Virus record (IMG/VR): IMGVR_UViG_3300024058_000001
Location: 40,772-104,771 of that record
Source: a virus
Taxonomy: Duplodnaviria > Caudoviricetes
Length of the DNA: 64,000 nucleotides
Reading direction: 5' to 3' (one strand)
The notes beneath the pieces were generated by a model, which saw only the letters and a list, made by a program, of their open reading frames with translations, did not search any database and was not told the DNA's origin. Position numbers and translations under genes: made by a program. Shown in pieces: positions 55,151 to 64,000 of this stretch (within the stretch, counting starts at the first letter, position 1; each line of letters opens with the position of its first letter).

Positions 55151-56141
55151 TAACCTCCGAAATAAGTTTTAAACCCGCATTAATTATATCTTCTTTTTCA
55201 GTTTCGTCCATTTGTTTGTCCTTAAAATATTCTTTAAGTGCAACTTCTTCTTTAATAGATTCCGTTATTTTAGAATTTCTAGTAATACTTTTTGATATTA
55301 CATTGTATTCAATCTTTAAACTAAAAACATCTCTTCCTAAAATCATTTTTTTAATATTATCTTTATTGACTTGTTTAAGAGCTTCTTTAGTTCCTGTAAA
55401 TACTATCTTAACCATAGAATCTGCAAGATTAACATCTTTCCAAGGAGCCGAAGCCTCTTTATTATCTTTAAAAACTTCTATATCAAATTGATACATTTTT
55501 CTTGTAGGTAAACTTAAAGAATGTATTTTACCCTTGTTATCAAAAAACCACGTTACTTTTGTATCTAAACGTTCGGCAAAAGTTAAATTATTTATACTTC
55601 CTACGTAAAAAATTAACGGATTTTTATGTAAAACTTGGGATTTATGAAAATGCCCAAAAGCAAATATATCAACATCAGGGTTATTCTCTATAAGACTTTC
55701 TATTGAAACACCCTCGCTTAATGCTATATTGTTGCTCGTCATAGCACCACTTATTTGCTCATGACCAAAATAAAACTTTAATCGTGGAACATCCTTACTA
55801 CCCTCCGTTTTAAAAATATACGGAGGAGCTACAACTTTTACTTTGTTTATGTTTAGATCAGACAAATAACTTAAAGATGATATACCTCTATCCTGATCAT
55901 GATTGCCTTCTAGTAATATAACCGAATCTATGACATGATCTCTAACAGACATCAGCCATTTATTAAAACATTGCATCTCTAACGGAGATGGCTTTCGTTT
56001 ATCGAATATATCACCTGTAACAGCGACATACGTAGGCATACACGACTTTATTTGCTCAACGATCTTATGCAATATAAACCTAGTATCCTTAAATCGTTTA
56101 GCTTCATTTATATGTAAATCACTACAAATAAACATTGACAT
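55137..56141 (-). CDS. SbcD/Mre11/gp47-like nuclease
   Basis: SDLH, GDIFD, GNHD, GHFH and YVGS motifs. Confidence 0.9.
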   Translation of the reverse strand: MSMFICSDLHINEAKRFKDTRFILHKIVEQIKSCMPTYVAVTGDIFDKRKPSPLEMQCFNKWLMSVRDHVIDSVILLEGNHDQDRGISSLSYLSDLNINKVKVVAPPYIFKTEGSKDVPRLKFYFGHEQISGAMTSNNIALSEGVSIESLIENNPDVDIFAFGHFHKSQVLHKNPLIFYVGSINNLTFAERLDTKVTWFFDNKGKIHSLSLPTRKMYQFDIEVFKDNKEASAPWKDVNLADSMVKIVFTGTKEALKQVNKDNIKKMILGRDVFSLKIEYNVISKSITRNSKITESIKEEVALKEYFKDKQMDETEKEDIINAGLKLISEVNGNG

Positions 56142-56143
56142 TA

Positions 56144-56722
56144 TTAGGCTCCAGGTACGTGTATTCTACTTTTCTTGTTTTTATTATCTTGAACTTTTTC
56201 GTACAACATTACAGTTTGTCTTGCCATACGTAAAGACATAGACTGTGCCAATACACGATGGCAAACACTTTTAACTTGATTTATGTGACAGTTTTCTAGC
56301 CATCCTATTTGCATCGTATCTTTATCTATATCCCAAAAAATTCTAAACTTCAATGCTCGTTCTTCCATAAGTCTAGCAACCTTTTCTTCCTTGCTTTCCT
56401 CTTCAGGCTTTTTCTTATTTTCGATTATTCGTTTTCCTTCAACTATACGAGACTTGTTTAATTTATCCCATTGCAGTACTCTATCGCATAAATACTCAGC
56501 TAAAGCTTGATTACAATTTGCAACATATTTTAAAAGTAATTGACCAGTATTATCATAAGAACAAATATCTACAATTGCTCTTTTTTCTGAGGATACTTTC
56601 GGCTTCTCAACCATTACTTCTTTTGGCTTTTCTTTAGATACTTCTACTGCTTGTACATCTTTTGTTTCTGTTACTTTTGCATCCGATTTTACTTCTTCTT
56701 TCTTTTTATCAAACATTCCCAT
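56144..56722 (-). CDS. Hypothetical protein
   Basis: GGAGG SD; charged 192 aa. Confidence 0.55.
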   Translation of the reverse strand: MGMFDKKKEEVKSDAKVTETKDVQAVEVSKEKPKEVMVEKPKVSSEKRAIVDICSYDNTGQLLLKYVANCNQALAEYLCDRVLQWDKLNKSRIVEGKRIIENKKKPEEESKEEKVARLMEERALKFRIFWDIDKDTMQIGWLENCHINQVKSVCHRVLAQSMSLRMARQTVMLYEKVQDNKNKKSRIHVPGA

Positions 56723-56969
56723 TTTGCGTTCCTCCTGTATTTAATTTATTTTTTGTTTCTGTTAGTACTTCTCCGCACCAAGGACAATGACTAATTGTTT
56801 TGCCTCGGTATCCGCCAAAACCACGAACAGCCGAAAGAACAAAGCCATCATTTAAGGTACCAATGTTCTCTTTCCAATCTTTACATTTAAGACATTCCAT
56901 AGGCTTACTCATTTGTGTTTTTTGACCAATCCCGTTAAAGAATAACTTCCAAAGTCTACCATAATCCAA
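56709..56969 (-). CDS. Zn-finger protein
   Basis: CLKC...HCPWCG. Confidence 0.5.
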   Translation of the reverse strand: MDYGRLWKLFFNGIGQKTQMSKPMECLKCKDWKENIGTLNDGFVLSAVRGFGGYRGKTISHCPWCGEVLTETKNKLNTGGTQNGNV

Positions 56970-57217
56970 GGGTCTTTTCCTTCTTTTATTCCATCCTTAT
57001 ACGTCTTAATTAATAGTTCTTTATTAAGTTTAAATGATTCCTTTGCGGTTAATTTATGCTCAAGCAATACATCACTATATTGAATGTCACCTTTTTTAAA
57101 TGCTGTAGCTCCTGAGTTAGGCGTAACAAATCCGCCAGTATTCTTAGCAACCTTTGCTACTCGCTTATCACTTTTTTTTCTTTCAGACTCTTTTTTCGTT
57201 AGCCATTTCGGTTTCAT
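56909..57217 (-). CDS. Hjc-like PD-(D/E)XK resolvase/nuclease
   Basis: TPNSGA...KGDI...LLEHK. Confidence 0.7.
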   Translation of the reverse strand: MKPKWLTKKESERKKSDKRVAKVAKNTGGFVTPNSGATAFKKGDIQYSDVLLEHKLTAKESFKLNKELLIKTYKDGIKEGKDPWIMVDFGSYSLTGLVKKHK

Positions 57218-57218
57218 T

Positions 57219-57872
57219 TTAATGTAACATCCAGTTCCAAAAATATGTATGTAAACGACTGATCAACCTCGGATACCAAGTAATATTACTAAACGGAAAC
57301 ATAGATAACTCATGTTGTATAGTTGTTAAAAAATGCTTCCTGCATACAGTTGTAATATAACCTGTGGGTCTTGTGTAACCTGGTTTACCACATACCTCGC
57401 AAACGTAATGAGACTTTGCTTCGTAATCATGAATTAATCCACGTGCTACAGGTGACACACCTTCTACATAAAATCTTAAACCACCAAATTTTTCTTTAAT
57501 TTGTCTTACTTTAAAATCGGGAAGTTCAGTGTATGCCATTTCGTCCAATTTTTGACATAGTTCATACACTAGGTTTAACCAACCATCGTTTATTTCTAAT
57601 CCCCAACTAGGCGTACACCATTCAAATTCCTTAAAGTCTTCATGGTTCATTTTAATATCTTTTTCTCCGAATTGACGAGCTTGCGCCCAATGACACTCAC
57701 ATATAAATTCGTCAAAACCTGCCCAAGAACAATCTCCACATTCGTAAACCGTTGTTTTACTTCCGCAACGATCACACAGACTACCATCTCCATACCCGCA
57801 ATTACCAACAACAGAGCATTCCATAGGACAATGAATATTATTACATATTGCATGTTCTAATGATCGACTCAT
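57219..57872 (-). CDS. Cys-rich conserved phage protein
   Basis: QIKEKFGGLRFY...CEVCGKPG motif. Confidence 0.65.
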   Translation of the reverse strand: MSRSLEHAICNNIHCPMECSVVGNCGYGDGSLCDRCGSKTTVYECGDCSWAGFDEFICECHWAQARQFGEKDIKMNHEDFKEFEWCTPSWGLEINDGWLNLVYELCQKLDEMAYTELPDFKVRQIKEKFGGLRFYVEGVSPVARGLIHDYEAKSHYVCEVCGKPGYTRPTGYITTVCRKHFLTTIQHELSMFPFSNITWYPRLISRLHTYFWNWMLH

Positions 57873-57884
57873 AAATCCTCTCTA

Positions 57885-58139
57885 TTAAGTTAAAGTTACA
57901 GTTTCAATACCAAAATCCTTTTTTATCTTATCTATCAAATCATACTCTTTCAGCTTTTTATTTAGGTTTATTACGTCAAGACTTTTTATATATTTAAAGG
58001 TTTTATTCTTTGTGTAATAAATCCGTTTGAATTTGGTATAATAACTTTTGTTATTTACTGTAACAAGCAGATGATAAAAATAATCATCCGTTATCCACAT
58101 TTTCTTGGCTTCCATTGTATGCAATTCCTTGTCTTTCAA
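57885..58139 (-). CDS. Hypothetical protein
   Basis: Basic 84-aa ORF. Confidence 0.45.
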   Translation of the reverse strand: MKDKELHTMEAKKMWITDDYFYHLLVTVNNKSYYTKFKRIYYTKNKTFKYIKSLDVINLNKKLKEYDLIDKIKKDFGIETVTLT

Positions 58140-58689
58140 TCCTAAAAGTACGCAAATAATCTAAAGCAAAACAATTACTAAATGCATCCCATAGTGCATG
58201 ATGCCTAAACATATCATGAATATCTAATTTGTTATTTAGGTAATTGTCTGTTTTTTGTTGTGCATATTCCAGCATATCACCACGTAGTTTATCAAATGGT
58301 ACACCAAACGTAGTAGATAGTAAAAAAACTGCGCCTGTTAAATCAAAAATTCTTCGACTAAATAGCTTAACAGACTTAGGCAAATCCTTTTCTATAAATT
58401 TAGAATCAAAATACGATACACCTCTGCCCATCATTATAGAACTAGGTTTAAGCCAGTTACACAGTTCTTTGTCTAATTCGTCTAAAGTAACCAAAGATCC
58501 ATCGTCTAATTGTTGAAAAGATATTTTGTTTACCATCATAGACTTAGGTTTACAAAACAGACCATGCCTAAACTTAACAGCCTTATAAAAGTGTTCTTTT
58601 GTCTTGTAGTTAACAAGGCCAATAGATATAAGTTTCCCCTCCAAAGTATCGGAAGAACACTCAATATCTACACTAATTATATCGCTCAT
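58084..58689 (-). CDS. DEDDh 3'-5' exonuclease
   Basis: SVDIE, YFDSKF and HHALWDA motifs. Confidence 0.85.
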   Translation of the reverse strand: MSDIISVDIECSSDTLEGKLISIGLVNYKTKEHFYKAVKFRHGLFCKPKSMMVNKISFQQLDDGSLVTLDELDKELCNWLKPSSIMMGRGVSYFDSKFIEKDLPKSVKLFSRRIFDLTGAVFLLSTTFGVPFDKLRGDMLEYAQQKTDNYLNNKLDIHDMFRHHALWDAFSNCFALDYLRTFRIERQGIAYNGSQENVDNG

Positions 58690-58826
58690 TTTTTTAACTC
58701 TTTCCTAATACTATACAAAAACTCGCTAACAGCCAATGCATTAAAAAAATTATCATCCTCGAAAGATTCTATCTTTGCATCAGCTATTGCATTATCTACA
58801 ATCTTTGGGCCAATCCATTCATTCAT
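58686..58826 (-). CDS. Hypothetical protein (46 aa, not in the ORF track)
   Basis: GGAGG SD and ATGA overlap with the next gene. Confidence 0.5.
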   Translation of the reverse strand: MNEWIGPKIVDNAIADAKIESFEDDNFFNALAVSEFLYSIRKELKK

Positions 58827-58863
58827 AATATATTTCCTCCACGATAATTTTAGTTCCTTTACA

Positions 58864-59079
58864 TTAGATTTTTTCTTTTCTTACAATTTCAAGCTCGTCT
58901 ACAGACTTAACTCCTAAAAACTTCAGATCAAGATTAAGAGATGCTATCTTTACATTTTGTATATCGTCTACTTTAACCTTTACAGATCGCCCACGTATCT
59001 TGCCTACGTAAACAAACCCTGGTGCATGTTCCTGTGGTACGGCAAATCCATGATTATCTACTTCTTTTTGTTCGCCCAT
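58864..59079 (-). CDS. Hypothetical protein (likely start MGEQK)
   Basis: GGAGG SD precedes the internal ATG. Confidence 0.5.
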   Translation of the reverse strand: MGEQKEVDNHGFAVPQEHAPGFVYVGKIRGRSVKVKVDDIQNVKIASLNLDLKFLGVKSVDELEIVRKEKI

Positions 59080-59099
59080 AAAAATCCTCCTAATTTCGT

Positions 59100-59447
59100 T
59101 TAGATTACCAAGAAATGATTTAAATCTGGCCATAACTTCATAAATCCTTTCTTTGGTTTGACATATAAAACTCCAGTTTCTTGCGATTTAATAACTTTTG
59201 GATTATTAAGTGAAGATGCAGGAGTTGTTCGTATAACTAAATCTTTTTTACTATCATTAAAAAATTCAATTTTCACAAATTCGTTAAGTTGTTTAGTATC
59301 ATCATTAAATTCAGCTTTGTTTTCTTTTAGATACTTGTCCAATGGATCGTTAATACGTGGTTGATTTTCGTAATGATAACCACATAAGGATACGACTATA
59401 TTATTTTTAACAATACATCCACAATCTAGCGGAAATATCTTATCCAT
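59100..59447 (-). CDS. Hypothetical protein
   Basis: CGC...CGYH N-terminus; coupled to recA. Confidence 0.5.
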   Translation of the reverse strand: MDKIFPLDCGCIVKNNIVVSLCGYHYENQPRINDPLDKYLKENKAEFNDDTKQLNEFVKIEFFNDSKKDLVIRTTPASSLNNPKVIKSQETGVLYVKPKKGFMKLWPDLNHFLVI

Positions 59448-60462
59448 TAGTTTTCTCCTTAATTCTTTCTAGGATTTTGACTTTCAAACCTTTCATAAGT
59501 TTATCATCATCCCGTAGCGCACAAATTGCTTTAGGTTTTCCTACAAATTTTTCTTTTCCTATAGTGTAAGTTTTCCCACTATTTTCTATAAAACCTTCAA
59601 GCAATCCATAACAAAATACTTCTTTAGCTAAATCAATTTGTCCTTTTCTATCTCCGTCAGTAAAAAAGTCAAACTCTCCCCGACGAAACGGAGGGAACGT
59701 TTTATTCTTAACTATCTTAAATTTAATTGCCTGTCCAATAATTTTATCTGAATCCTTATCATCCTTAAGCCATGCTCTCCTAAACTCGATCCTGATGGAC
59801 GCAGCATGCCGTAATCCTAGTCCACCTGGCGTTGTGTCTGGTGAACCATACATAACGCCTATCTTCTCTCGTATCTGATTAATAAACAATACTAGACAAT
59901 CATTTGGTAACATATCCTCGCCTACCTTCATGTTAAGCGCAGAATGTAGCTTTCGTATTAGTCTGTTAACCATCTTAGCCCTTATTCCTAGTTGTTCTGC
60001 ATCTTCCATAGGTTTCTCTAAATCTTTTTCTGGCACTAACGCTGCTGTACTATCGACTACAACTATGCCACAATCTGCCGATCTAACAACAGCATCTAAA
60101 ATATCACAAGCTTGTTCTCCTGTTTCAGGTTTAGCTAACTGTACTGTAGATACATCTAATCCTAAGCACTTAGCCCATTCAGGATCAAATGAACCTTCTA
60201 CATCTAACCACACAACCTTTTTACCATCTTTCTGAACATGGGCTGCAGTCTTTGCAGCCATAACAGATTTTCCAGTTCCTTCTCTACCAAAGTATTCTAC
60301 TACACGCCCGTAAGGAAGTCCACCGCCAGTTTCTATATCTAATGTCAAACTTCCCGTAGATACACGATCCACATCTAGTCCTACTAGTGAATCACCAGAA
60401 ATGATCGTGTTGCGACCAAAACGTTTATTAAGTTCTCCGATGGTGTCGCTTAGGTCTGACAC
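59440..60462 (-). CDS. recA: RecA recombinase (bacterial type)
   Basis: STGSLTLD, GGLPYGR, GREGTGKS, VVVDS, FINQIREKIGVMYGSP and KNK motifs. Confidence 0.95.
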   Translation of the reverse strand: MSDLSDTIGELNKRFGRNTIISGDSLVGLDVDRVSTGSLTLDIETGGGLPYGRVVEYFGREGTGKSVMAAKTAAHVQKDGKKVVWLDVEGSFDPEWAKCLGLDVSTVQLAKPETGEQACDILDAVVRSADCGIVVVDSTAALVPEKDLEKPMEDAEQLGIRAKMVNRLIRKLHSALNMKVGEDMLPNDCLVLFINQIREKIGVMYGSPDTTPGGLGLRHAASIRIEFRRAWLKDDKDSDKIIGQAIKFKIVKNKTFPPFRRGEFDFFTDGDRKGQIDLAKEVFCYGLLEGFIENSGKTYTIGKEKFVGKPKAICALRDDDKLMKGLKVKILERIKEKTNG

Positions 60463-60982
60463 GGCTTTTACCTCCTTCTTTTACTCTTGCAATAAATCCT
60501 TTGCTATCATTCATTTCTTTTCCAAGTTCTAACATAACGTGGTGACAACCAACCACAATCGCATCTGCAATATTGTGATCTTTTGTTCTCATATGAAACT
60601 CTTTGTTAACCGCTGATACAATTTCTTCTTTTTTAGACTTTCCCGTCAACCCTGGAAATGATTTTCTAACGGTAGATGCCATATAAAAATTTACATTTTT
60701 ACCGCTATACGAAAACCATAAATACTGTATTTGTCCTGCAATCCGATTTAACTTTTTCAATACAGTCGGATCTTTAGCAAAAAACGTATCTTCTACAGAA
60801 ATATCTGTAGGTCTATACATTTTTATAAGTCCAGCTACAGAATGAGCTATATAAAAGAATTTGGCAGCTTCAGAGAGAGTAGATTTAGGAGGATTAATGA
60901 CTCCCGAAGCTACCAATCCATCCTCTTCAAATACCGACCATCCTGTTGCTACGCTGGATAAATCTAAACCTAATGTTTTCAT
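60428..60982 (-). CDS. ruvC: RuvC-like Holliday junction resolvase
   Basis: LGLDLS...TGW, VED, and DHNIADAI motifs. Confidence 0.8.
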   Translation of the reverse strand: MKTLGLDLSSVATGWSVFEEDGLVASGVINPPKSTLSEAAKFFYIAHSVAGLIKMYRPTDISVEDTFFAKDPTVLKKLNRIAGQIQYLWFSYSGKNVNFYMASTVRKSFPGLTGKSKKEEIVSAVNKEFHMRTKDHNIADAIVVGCHHVMLELGKEMNDSKGFIARVKEGGKSRVRPKRHHRRT

Positions 60983-61503
60983 ACTAAATACCTTATAGCC
61001 TTTCTTAACAATTTTGCATCATCCTTAAATCTTCCCAGTCCGTTGTTACATCTGTCACAAAGTAAACCTCTAACTTTTTTAGTCTTGTGGTTATGATCTA
61101 CGGATAACCGTTTCTTTATCATAGACTCAGGTATACAACAAATAGCACATTTACCTTTTTGACGCTTAAACATTCTGTTGTAATCCTCTAGAGTTATACC
61201 GTACCTTTGCTTATATTGAGTACGCCTATGCCTGTCAGGGTTTGCTTTGTTATACTCAGTACCATAAACTAACATTTTATCTCTGTTCTTTTTCCTATAA
61301 ATTCTTCCATACGCTAGTCGTTTTTTTCTATGTTTTCTATACGATTTAGCAGTATATCCCGACATTTTTTCAGGATTATTTTTGAACCATTCTTTACTTT
61401 TGGCATCTACTCTTTTTTTGTTTTTTCTATAGTATTCTCTATTATACTTTATATAGTACTCTTTGTCGTACACCCTTAACTTCTTTTTGCCTTTTAAGGG
61501 CAT
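60979..61503 (-). CDS. Endonuclease VII-like HNH nuclease
   Basis: YGIT...QKGKCAIC...VDHNH...VRGLLCDRCNNGLG. Confidence 0.88.
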   Translation of the reverse strand: MPLKGKKKLRVYDKEYYIKYNREYYRKNKKRVDAKSKEWFKNNPEKMSGYTAKSYRKHRKKRLAYGRIYRKKNRDKMLVYGTEYNKANPDRHRRTQYKQRYGITLEDYNRMFKRQKGKCAICCIPESMIKKRLSVDHNHKTKKVRGLLCDRCNNGLGRFKDDAKLLRKAIRYLV

Positions 61504-61504
61504 A

Positions 61505-62245
61505 CTATTCGATATCTCCTAATCCATCCAGGGCATCATCTAACCCCTCAGTAACAGGAGCTTCCGTAGCAACAACTCCAACAGATTCCTTAGTTTTGGA
61601 TTCTGTAGTCTCTCGCTGTGGTACTTGCCCATTCATAAGCATTCGTACTTTTTCTACAGTTGAAGGTTTGAAAATGGTATTCAAACTAAACGTCTTCAAC
61701 TTCTTATCGGCTTCCGTCAATGGTGTACTTTCCCGTTCTGGAATAACTGTGTACTTTGTTTCTAGTTTTTTTCCAGTCCTATTAACCACCAAATCATACT
61801 GAGTTGGATCGCCATATTTTTCTGCAATCTTCATAATAGTTTCTTTTAATGTGCGACTAAATAACCAAACTTTCATTCCTCCATCTTTTCTATCAATAAC
61901 ATTTACAACATACCGTACATTTGCTTCATATCCATACGCTTTTCTAAATACCGACTTTGCTTGCTTTTCGTTCTCCGTACCACCCTTATCTCTAAGTGCC
62001 TTACCTTCTTCAAACAATTTAGTCTTATCAGGATGATTACACATTGGACAATCTTTTCCAGGGCATACAGCAGCACGTTTTACCTTATTAAACCAATGCT
62101 CATTAAATATTTTATAAGCACCAACAATCCGTACTGTATTTTCTCCCTCTTCTAAAACTAATCGCGTTAGTTTGTTATTGCCTCCAGTCTTAGTTGTCAT
62201 TTCTTTTTCTTCGGGCGAATCAGCCCAAGGATTTACGTCACTCAT
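61505..62245 (-). CDS. Single-stranded DNA-binding protein (gp32-like)
   Basis: HW...C..CP.C Zn site, VNVIDR, DPTQYDL and an acidic C-terminus. Confidence 0.75.
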   Translation of the reverse strand: MSDVNPWADSPEEKEMTTKTGGNNKLTRLVLEEGENTVRIVGAYKIFNEHWFNKVKRAAVCPGKDCPMCNHPDKTKLFEEGKALRDKGGTENEKQAKSVFRKAYGYEANVRYVVNVIDRKDGGMKVWLFSRTLKETIMKIAEKYGDPTQYDLVVNRTGKKLETKYTVIPERESTPLTEADKKLKTFSLNTIFKPSTVEKVRMLMNGQVPQRETTESKTKESVGVVATEAPVTEGLDDALDGLGDIE

Positions 62246-62262
62246 AGTAATACCTCCTGTTT

Positions 62263-62694
62263 TTATTTTTTTGCTTCTATTTGCTTATCAATCACTTCTA
62301 TTTCTAAACTCTTCTTCAATGTTAAAATTCCTTGATTTGCTGCTTCTAGATATCCTTCAAATACATGCTCTGCTTCAGCCCAACTAGCAATAGCATTTCT
62401 TGCTTGTCTTTCTGCTACAGCAGAAACAAATTTACCTTCATTCCAGGTTGATCTAATACCCACATACTCAGCTACTTCGTTGTTTGCTCTAGCAACTTTA
62501 GTACGTCGATACTTATCTGATAAATACATATAAGCACCTGTAAGTCTATCAAGTCTATCTCTATACCATTCTAATCGACTAAATGCACCATCTCGTACAG
62601 AAGTCCGTAAATCTTCACCTATATCGGATACTAACTTAAAAACTTCTTGGTCTTTTACTGTAACTAATTTATCACTTTGTTTTGTTGATGTCAT
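62263..62694 (-). CDS. UvsY-like helical recombination mediator
   Basis: All-helical 143 aa next to SSB/RecA; based mainly on synteny. Confidence 0.4.
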   Translation of the reverse strand: MTSTKQSDKLVTVKDQEVFKLVSDIGEDLRTSVRDGAFSRLEWYRDRLDRLTGAYMYLSDKYRRTKVARANNEVAEYVGIRSTWNEGKFVSAVAERQARNAIASWAEAEHVFEGYLEAANQGILTLKKSLEIEVIDKQIEAKK

Positions 62695-63035
62695 GTCAGT
62701 AAATCCTCCTGTTCATTTGTATCGAATGTTAACGTAATTTCTTGTATAACGTACTTATCAAACCAATGTTTTTTATACATCTTTATTTTCCCAGGTACAT
62801 ATTTAACTTCTAAAGCAGACGCTTGTGTTCTTTTTACTCCTGGTTTAAACTCCATTATATCGTACATAGCTCTTTCGGCTTCTTTGTAGGAAGCATACGA
62901 AAAAGGTATGCCACCATTAGTACCAATAGGAGTATAAACTTTTTCGACAAGCTTGCCTTTTTCATCCTTAGCTTCCCACCTAGTACAAAGAATCCATCTA
63001 GGTGCTAATTTACTTGGCTTTATCTTTTTTCCCAT
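62691..63035 (-). CDS. Hypothetical protein
   Basis: Coupled 114-aa ORF. Confidence 0.5.
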   Translation of the reverse strand: MGKKIKPSKLAPRWILCTRWEAKDEKGKLVEKVYTPIGTNGGIPFSYASYKEAERAMYDIMEFKPGVKRTQASALEVKYVPGKIKMYKKHWFDKYVIQEITLTFDTNEQEDLLT

Positions 63036-63231
63036 TTTTGCGTCCTTCCCTCATACGATTTATATCTTTTGCAAGAAATCCTGCAACAATCTTGTACAAC
63101 TTTTCTTCTGCTGTATCAAGATTTTCTCCTTCTTCAAGAACAACTTCAATTTCGTCTCCGAAAGAAGCAGAATTGAAATCACCTAGATTAATTGTACGAC
63201 CTAACTTTTTTACTAATCTGGTTACTCTCAT
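63010..63231 (-). CDS. Hypothetical conserved phage protein
   Basis: RTINLGDFNS motif; first gene after a strong promoter. Confidence 0.55.
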   Translation of the reverse strand: MRVTRLVKKLGRTINLGDFNSASFGDEIEVVLEEGENLDTAEEKLYKIVAGFLAKDINRMREGRKNGKKDKAK

Positions 63232-63260
63232 AGTTTTTCTCCCATTCTTATCATATTAAT

Positions 63261-63289
63261 AGTATACCATAAAAGACTCTATTTGTCAA
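63261..63289 (-). promoter_or_regulatory. Sigma-70 promoter TTGACA-N17-TATACT with extended TG
   Basis: TTGACAAATAGAGTCTTTTATGGTATACT. Confidence 0.82.
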
Positions 63290-64000
63290 GTGATTTCTTG
63301 TAATGTTTACAATGTTTCTGGAAGTCACAATAGCCACATGACTTAAGATTATGTGTATATTCACCTTTTTCTCTAAGTTTGACCAAATCCTTAAAATCCT
63401 GTATAATAGCTTCATGGTCTGCTTCTGTCCTAACAGTCGTCCGTATTGCAGATTTTCGTGAATAGAACATAGTGGGCACTGTCTCCGTTACCTTAAGTTC
63501 ATGCTTCACGGCCCAATCATAAATAGTAAGTTGCTTATTTTTATCTATGTCTTCTTGCGTAGGCACTTTCCATGACGTTTTAAAATCGACAACTCCCAAT
63601 TTATTTGATTCTAAAGGCATTAATAAATCTACCTTACCAATTATCTCAAAATCCGTTCCTTGGTCATTCTTAACAGGAATACAAAAGTTCCATTCAACCT
63701 CTAGAGATTCCCTTAAATAATTTTCTCTTTTAGCAAAATCATAAAACTTATGAATCATCCCATACCCATAATTAAGTTGTTGTTCGTATCCTTCCGTATT
63801 AGAAAACATGTTACCTACTGACTCTACAGAAAACATAAAATGCTTTTTCCAGTTTCGTATTAAAAACTCTTTACTAAAATCTTTAGCATTATACATGTGC
63901 TCCATCAACGAATGGAATGCTACCCCTGTCACCAAAGGATAGCTTAAGGGAACAAACGGTTTTATGTACTTTACATACTTCAAGAAGTACATCCATTCGC
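63279..64000 (-). CDS. PD-(D/E)XK nuclease (RecB/Cas4-like), probably 5'-truncated by the window edge
   Basis: GVAFH, GKVDL, VVDFKT, QLTIY and CGYCDFQKHC motifs. Confidence 0.85.
   Translation of the reverse strand, partial: EWMYFLKYVKYIKPFVPLSYPLVTGVAFHSLMEHMYNAKDFSKEFLIRNWKKHFMFSVESVGNMFSNTEGYEQQLNYGYGMIHKFYDFAKRENYLRESLEVEWNFCIPVKNDQGTDFEIIGKVDLLMPLESNKLGVVDFKTSWKVPTQEDIDKNKQLTIYDWAVKHELKVTETVPTMFYSRKSAIRTTVRTEADHEAIIQDFKDLVKLREKGEYTHNLKSCGYCDFQKHCKHYKKSLDK

Larger units (their letters stand above)
1..64000 (-). mobile_element. Segment of a large tailed bacteriophage (Caudoviricetes, siphovirus-like) genome
   Basis: Terminase, portal, prohead protease, capsid, neck, tail tube, tape measure and phage recombination genes, densely packed and co-oriented. 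No host housekeeping genes or integrase in the window. Confidence 0.96.

Noticed and set aside
8503-57217. Archaeal host, suggested by GGTGA-type SD sequences and an Hjc-like gene
   Set aside because: GGTGA also pairs with bacterial 16S tails. Bacterial RecA, RuvC, a sigma-70 region-4 protein and TTGACA-N17 promoters favour a bacterial host.
63279-63992. Cas4-like nuclease as part of a CRISPR-Cas system
   Set aside because: No other cas genes or array; stand-alone PD-(D/E)XK nucleases are common in phage recombination modules.
1-64000. Plus-strand ORFs in the six-frame track (e.g. 10034-10588, 22038-22577, 42415-42990)
   Set aside because: They lie antisense to well-supported minus-strand genes, lack SD sites and read as codon shadows.
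1-64000. Stop-codon reassignment, introns/inteins or tRNA genes
   Set aside because: Core genes (terL, portal, capsid, recA) are intact and of normal length in the standard code; no intein motifs or tRNA-like cloverleaf were noticed in the short intergenic gaps.

Overview
The whole 64-kb window is part of a large tailed dsDNA bacteriophage genome. It is AT-rich, and essentially every credible gene is on the minus strand; no host genes or integrase were seen. In transcription order (right to left) it contains: (1) a recombination/repair module at about 52-64 kb (PD-(D/E)XK nuclease, UvsY-like, gp32-like SSB, EndoVII-like HNH, RuvC-like, RecA, DEDD exonuclease, Hjc-like, SbcCD-like pair); (2) nucleotide-metabolism and accessory genes ending in a sigma-70 region-4 protein; (3) terminase, then about 10 kb of unusual modular proteins with a subtilisin and a nuclease, then portal, MuF-like, prohead protease/scaffold and major capsid protein; (4) fibre/decoration genes, neck, tail tube, frameshifted tail chaperones, tape measure and tail-tip genes. 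No sheath gene was recognised, so it is siphovirus-like. Canonical TTGACA-N17-TAnAnT promoters, a bacterial RecA and RuvC point to a bacterial host. Two candidate new systems stand out. (A) A family of putative virion polyproteins in which acidic spacers ending in xxEK/xxK (the same kind of site as the predicted capsid maturation site IQK|A) alternate with homologous Arg/Lys/Gly/Ala-rich amphipathic peptides that resemble membrane-active peptides. Related proteins carry shared N-terminal leaders, a mimic of the capsid N-arm and a tandem HiPIP-like Fe-S module. (B) A 14-aa [TE]QxIxSDAxI beta-strand motif found 15 times in four neck/tail proteins, next to a small pilin-like gene whose 21-nt translation leader is identical to that of the major capsid gene. 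This suggests a donor-strand-anchored virion filament system. All functional calls come from reading motifs by eye; no database search was run.
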